Shown here in pieces: positions 58,632 through 64,000 of a DNA stretch of 64,000 nt. Source of the stretch: Trichoplax sp. H2 (lineage: Eukaryota); contig NOWV01000027.1 in the NCBI GenBank assembly GCA_003344405.1, positions 372,001 through 436,000 of the forward strand, written 5' to 3'. The notes under the pieces were generated by a model. The model saw only the letters and a program-made list of their open reading frames with translations, was not told the origin of the DNA and ran no database searches. Numbering within the stretch: the stretch's first letter is position 1; each line of letters starts with the position of its first letter. The translations under genes and the position numbers were made by a program.

Positions 58632-61600
58632 TTAATACTTCGAATAAATTCTAACTGGAAGTTTACTTTTTTCATGTTGCTTCAAATTTCCATATTCAGC
58701 TGCAAAATAAGAAGCGATACATAATCTTTAGTCTGAAGATCTTAATGATTAATTAATTAATTAATCAATCAATTATAAATTAGCGGTCATGTAACATAAA
58801 GGAAAAATACCTAATTTATTGAATATCATAATTAAAGAATGCTTCTTTAACTTGTTAATACTAATTACTTCTTTGTCATTCCTAAATAGAAAAGGCAGTT
58901 AAGTTAAAGAAATATCTCAGTTTAGCATTCGTATATATACGCGTATATATACACTTCATTCAATACTTAGTTGACTAAAGCATAGACAACAATTTTAATA
59001 GCATTTATTATAATCAGGAACCATTACCTTAGAGATTTTTTAATGACATCACAATCATGAAGTGCTTTAAAAGCGTTGCTGTATAACGATAAAGATAGTA
59101 CTTCGTAATACTTCGAAAGTCCTTAAAATGGAAATATAATAAAATAAAAGTAAACATACTGCACAATGTAAATGGAGTAGCTTCAATCAATTTCTTTAGC
59201 AGAGACTTTTCAGGTTTACAAACCTCCATTTATATAGTCTATAGCTAACTGTTGCGCTCCTTGGCACGATGCTTTAAGGGAAAACTCCAAATGACCGTCA
59301 AGATTCGTTAGAACGTATTGACAAGTAATCTTAGAGACGAAAACAAAATTAGTAAAATGATATTTTAATGTTTCGACAAAAATCTTTGGGAACACAAGTA
59401 CAAAAGTAGAAGGAAATATATTATACATTACCCAATAGGCCACGATAAATGGACGTATTAATTCACATAAGAATTCGACAAGTCTGTGACCTTCTGATGT
59501 AATATGAATCGATGACGAGCTAACATTCAGAGATACGTTACTTTCACGGAGTAACCGTATAGCTCTGTGAAATGCTTCCTATTCATTTAATATAGTAGTT
59601 TTATCACTAGAATGTAACAAATTTAATGATAATACACATCTTACAACTAGTAACTCACCTCATATTTGTCATCGCATGTTATGACAAATTCGTCATTAAA
59701 TAATTTATTTAATAATTGAAAATTTTCCAATGCCACATCTGTAAAATGTTATACATAACTACGTCAGATTGACAACTTGTGTTGGTAAGCTTTAATGTGA
59801 TTGCTATTCATTCAGTGATGATATTGTCAATGCTAATTTGTAAGAATCAGAATATTTCAATAAAGCATACCGATATTAACTGGTAACTCTCCAGCTTTAC
59901 TTTCATTCCAAAGAACTACAGCTAATAATCCTTGTAGCGCAAATAAATGTAAAATTTTGTTGCGATGTCTTGCTAATACTACATGATCAGCAGCAGTAGC
60001 GAAGACTGCGTCATAGATTAATAATGGACGTTCGGAACCCTTTAATGCCTTGTTAGAATTATTATATTCACTTTTAACTACAATAAGTCCATCAGATGTC
60101 AATCGTAAAACCTCGTGCATTAGACCTAAAGCCCTTTTGACATTGCATGAATCGTCTTTTTCACCTAAATATATTGTTTCGATATAGAATCACAAAATCA
60201 ATTAGTAAACTTGAAAACTGAAATTATTTCATATAAATGAAATTTTGTAGAATATTTTATATCAAACTATGCAATGCCAACAGTATAGCTTTACCGCCTA
60301 AAATTGCAATATCCCCTCTTATCCTAGCAATTTCAGTTCTAAGCCACTGCACTTCGGCAACGGCATCATCTAGAAATTGATAAAGTTGTCACGGCCATGT
60401 TTGTTATTTTGGAGTAATTTCATGGTAGTATAATAATACTGTAACTTGCTACGGAAGATCGAAATATTACGGAATATCCCGATCGCGATAAAGGCTTTAC
60501 TGTACTTTCATATTTTAGTTCTTCACGCATTTTATTACGAATAAATCGAAATTACTTATTTAGATAGCGTACCGAATTGAAGACCACCATCATGCTGTAG
60601 GATGATTGTCGATAATAACGCACAACCAGTTAAAAGCAGGTTTTCTCGCTGACGATCAATCAAGTGATAAGACAATTGCTTAACACAATGACTCTCCGGG
60701 TCGGCATCGTTACCATAATGCCTACAAAAATCAAAAGTTATAAATGCTTGAATTATTACATTTATGACAGCAAATTTGCTAAGATAATAATTTGATGTTA
60801 CCTTGGGTGCAATGTATGGATAGATCTATCAATTTCGAATTGTTGGCAATAGTCTCTCATTGAGATAACATGTCCAAAATGAACATGTATTTTACCAAAA
60901 TTTTCCGATAATATCGTTCTTGCTTTTAACAATCCCTAATATCAACAATTGATGGATAAATATTTAAAACTTAACTGCATGCAATTAATAAATCATAATA
61001 TTGACATTTATTAGTAGTAATAGGTTATCTATTGACTATTTCCTTATCCTAAGCAATAACAATAAAAATTGCGGCACCGATGTTGATTCCGGTGGTTTGG
61101 CAGCGCCCAACAATTCCCTAACCATCAAACTATCGTCGACTACCTTTTCGTAGGTTATACTTATTGGGCAAATTTTGATGTCTGGTACTTTACATTCAAA
61201 ATATGATCTTGCCGCCTCTTTTAGTAACCCTATCGGTTCAGTTATACAAATAAATAATGCATAAATATCTAAACAAATGTTACCCTATATGAAAAAACAT
61301 GCAAAAGATAAATTGATTAAAATAGATCAACCTCTTTTTGGCGGTAGTGATTTCCCAGTTCTACTTCGGGTCCCTTCTACAAAAATTTCCACCGGAAGAT
61401 CGCCGTAACAAAGAATTGTGGTAAGGTATTCATTGAATATCGTCCAATATAATCGATCTTTTCCCAGAAAGCTTCGGCGCATAAAAAAGGCTCCACATCT
61501 TCGCAATATTATAGAAACACCAGCCATCCGGGAGAAATCTATCAAAAAAATAAGATAACGATATGATATGATATGAACGCTAGTGCTTAGCCGCCAATAA

Positions 61601-64000
61601 CTTCTTATGCTGTACAGGTAATGATCTTGCTTTAATACTATTTGGTGTATTACCTTGGCCAGCAACAATAGCTGGTATAGGAACGCCGCAAGCGCGTAGA
61701 ACGTATGAAACTAATATGAAGTCGGCATAACTCCGGTGTACAGGCGCTAAAATAACAGGTGAATCCTGCATGACTGCTTTCAACTAAATTATAAAAGTGT
61801 TGGTAAATTGATAAGAAAAATGTCAATGAACACATTTGATATGAAAACATTTTGGGTATGCGGTAGTAACTTGGCGGTATTACAACAATTCATAGAGTTG
61901 AATGCACTCTAAGATTAATTTTATAGCTGTCTTATATATCATAAATCCTTCTTTAATATCTTTGCTAGCACGAGACAATTTAGCTCTACGAGTATTGTCT
62001 ACTTCAAATACAGTATTGGTTACTTCTTCTACGATGGCTATAAAGAATTTTATTTTTATTAAAATGTAAACGATTATCACATTGATATAAAGACATGGAA
62101 GTGCTTTAATTTTAATAATGTAGGCCGTTGATATTGAAACTTGATATAATTATTTACTCTATTTATTTTTCAGTATACACACTGCTTATTTCTAAATTTT
62201 ACGTATACATATACTGTATATTGCTGATAATATTCTGACATAATGGCACTGATACCTAAAACTGGTTATTAAGACTTGTTATAGTTAACTATTAGCAAGT
62301 ACAAATAATATTTGCCTCTGCGTAACTGCTATGCTACTAATAATTACCTCATTAATACCAGACTTGTTGACCGATATTTCTTCAACGATTCGACATATAA
62401 CCTTTGTCATAAAGACAAGCATAACTCTAGTAGATAATTCTCCTTGCCTATGCTCAATTTCCTGAATATAACTATTCACCGTAGCTTTGACGTCATCAAG
62501 TGATTGGCCAGTTTCTTGTACAATCTAATTAAAGCAAGATGGGATGAAATTAGGCTTGGATAATCAACACCAGATTCTTAGCAGACAACTAATGATGCAT
62601 CCAGAATAATCATGTTGCTATATTATACATCTGTATGATTGTATTGAAGGCCCGATATCATACAGAATGACTGAGCTCATTCCAAAAGTATTACATAATC
62701 AAGAATTAGCTATTATCATTATTGACAATCAAGGTTAAAAATATCAACATTAGGATTTATCTATGTTTGTCTAATGCTTGTTATTAGTGCCTTATTGTTG
62801 ATATCTCCTGATTACGTGTGAGCCATCCTGTAGTGATCTACTGTACAGTATAATGAAGATAGGACTTGAGCTACTTCTATCGCTGTGTACGGAATGGCTA
62901 TCTCGTACTTTTTTTTAAGCTTATGTAGTGCAATGCAGTTACTCGGATACCACAATCTATTTGACACTGTGACCGTAGCAGGTAGTGACTGTCCTGTCCA
63001 AGGTATACCGTCACATCGTGTTTGATTCAGAAAACTACTCGTCCATTGCTGGCAAAACCAATTACAGTACTATTGTATATGATTGAAAGAACGATAGGAT
63101 TATCCAGTTAGAACGTAAAATAGCATACAGTAAAGTAAATTCAATAGTGATAACAATTTTAAAAGTTTGTGTCTTTGTACACTTTAGTGAAAATTCCAAT
63201 ATTCCAACAGGGTAATCACCAATGAACTGATCAGTAATTGATTAGCATAACTACGTACAGTACTGTCAGTATAACTTATACCATGCTGAGCGAACGATCT
63301 GCTTGCTATACTATTGACTCTGATAACTTGATTAAATAAATGTCCCCCATTCCTATGTAATGTAATGTTATGTTATATAATATGTCTACGGTATGCCATA
63401 ACTGATTTAACTCACTCGAACGTGTGCACCGTACATACTATCGATAAGCATGAAGAAATTAGTGCTCATCCTTTCTCCAAAAGTCGCTTTTAGCACGGTG
63501 TAGACAGAATCGTCCAATTCTTTTCCGAGTTCATTACTGATTTGCCACTGTATAATTTTATAATTACCAATATGCCATTGCAAATTTAGGTATTTTACTC
63601 ATTCTTTTCCATACCTATGATACAGTATTACTGTCCATTTGCAGAAAATGTCATCATTGTAAAAAGGCACAGCAGTATGGAAATAGCACAGTGTGACATT
63701 GGTCGATCTACTACATAGGCTGAAGATTGGAGAACTAAGGCAGAGTACATACTGGGGAGTGATGATTAAGCAAGAAAGTGATGTATTACCAATATCAAAT
63801 CCAAATTACCAACTAATTCAATATTTGGTAACCGATGTATTGACCAATGAATGCAAACTTACACTGTCCATCACAGCTAAAATTTTCCTTGATGATAGGA
63901 TATGATTTCTAATATCTTGTGGGGAAAATAGTTTGGCATGTTCGTAATGAAGATTAGTCGTTTTCGATTTCTTCGGGATGAATGGATTGAACGCATTCAA
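58632..64000 (-). CDS. GNPAT: Dihydroxyacetone-phosphate acyltransferase (ether-lipid synthesis); 5' end lies beyond the window
   Basis: Acyltransferase motifs PVHRSYADF (HxxxxD), [19 protein letters not shown] and PISITYEK...[12 protein letters not shown]. Exons 64000-63863, 62524-62348, 61783-61654, 61538-61332, 61229-61078, 60935-60802, 60721-60573, 60369-60295, 60164-59871, 59738-59659, 59578-59432, 59329-59224, 59121-59028, 58881-58811, 58699-58632. Confidence 0.9.

Overview
AT-rich eukaryotic DNA, gene-dense, with mostly short (~70-300 nt) GT-AG introns and animal-type genes. The style suggests a compact early-branching metazoan, probably a placozoan such as Trichoplax; this is inferred, not shown. 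Manual splicing gives eight intron-containing genes: CCDC85-like (+, 6851-11248), cyclin K (-, 14182-17324), UBR7 (+, 17958-22171), MBIP (-, 22896-25842), an ITPKA/B/C-type IP3 3-kinase (+, 29490-42451, ~10-kb first intron), SIRT2 (-, 45314-49470), a probable Kizuna homolog (+, at least 54512-58146, 5' end unresolved) and GNPAT (-, 58632 to beyond 64000). There are several tandem repeats, TACTGTAC/TACAGTA-rich arrays in divergent intergenic regions, and two gap-flanking duplications that look like assembly artefacts. No rRNA, tRNA, CRISPR or transposase was recognised, and I found no wholly new biological system. Best leads: two U12-type introns (cyclin K, IP3K); the CCDC85-CCNK tail-to-tail pair that mirrors the human arrangement; PP1-docking and PDZ-ligand motifs in the CCDC85-like tail; a 126-codon symmetric exon in SIRT2; a divergent Kizuna with X-box-like motifs upstream; and a non-canonical GNPAT peroxisomal signal. 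Protein and synteny comparisons are from memory of the human genes; no search was run.
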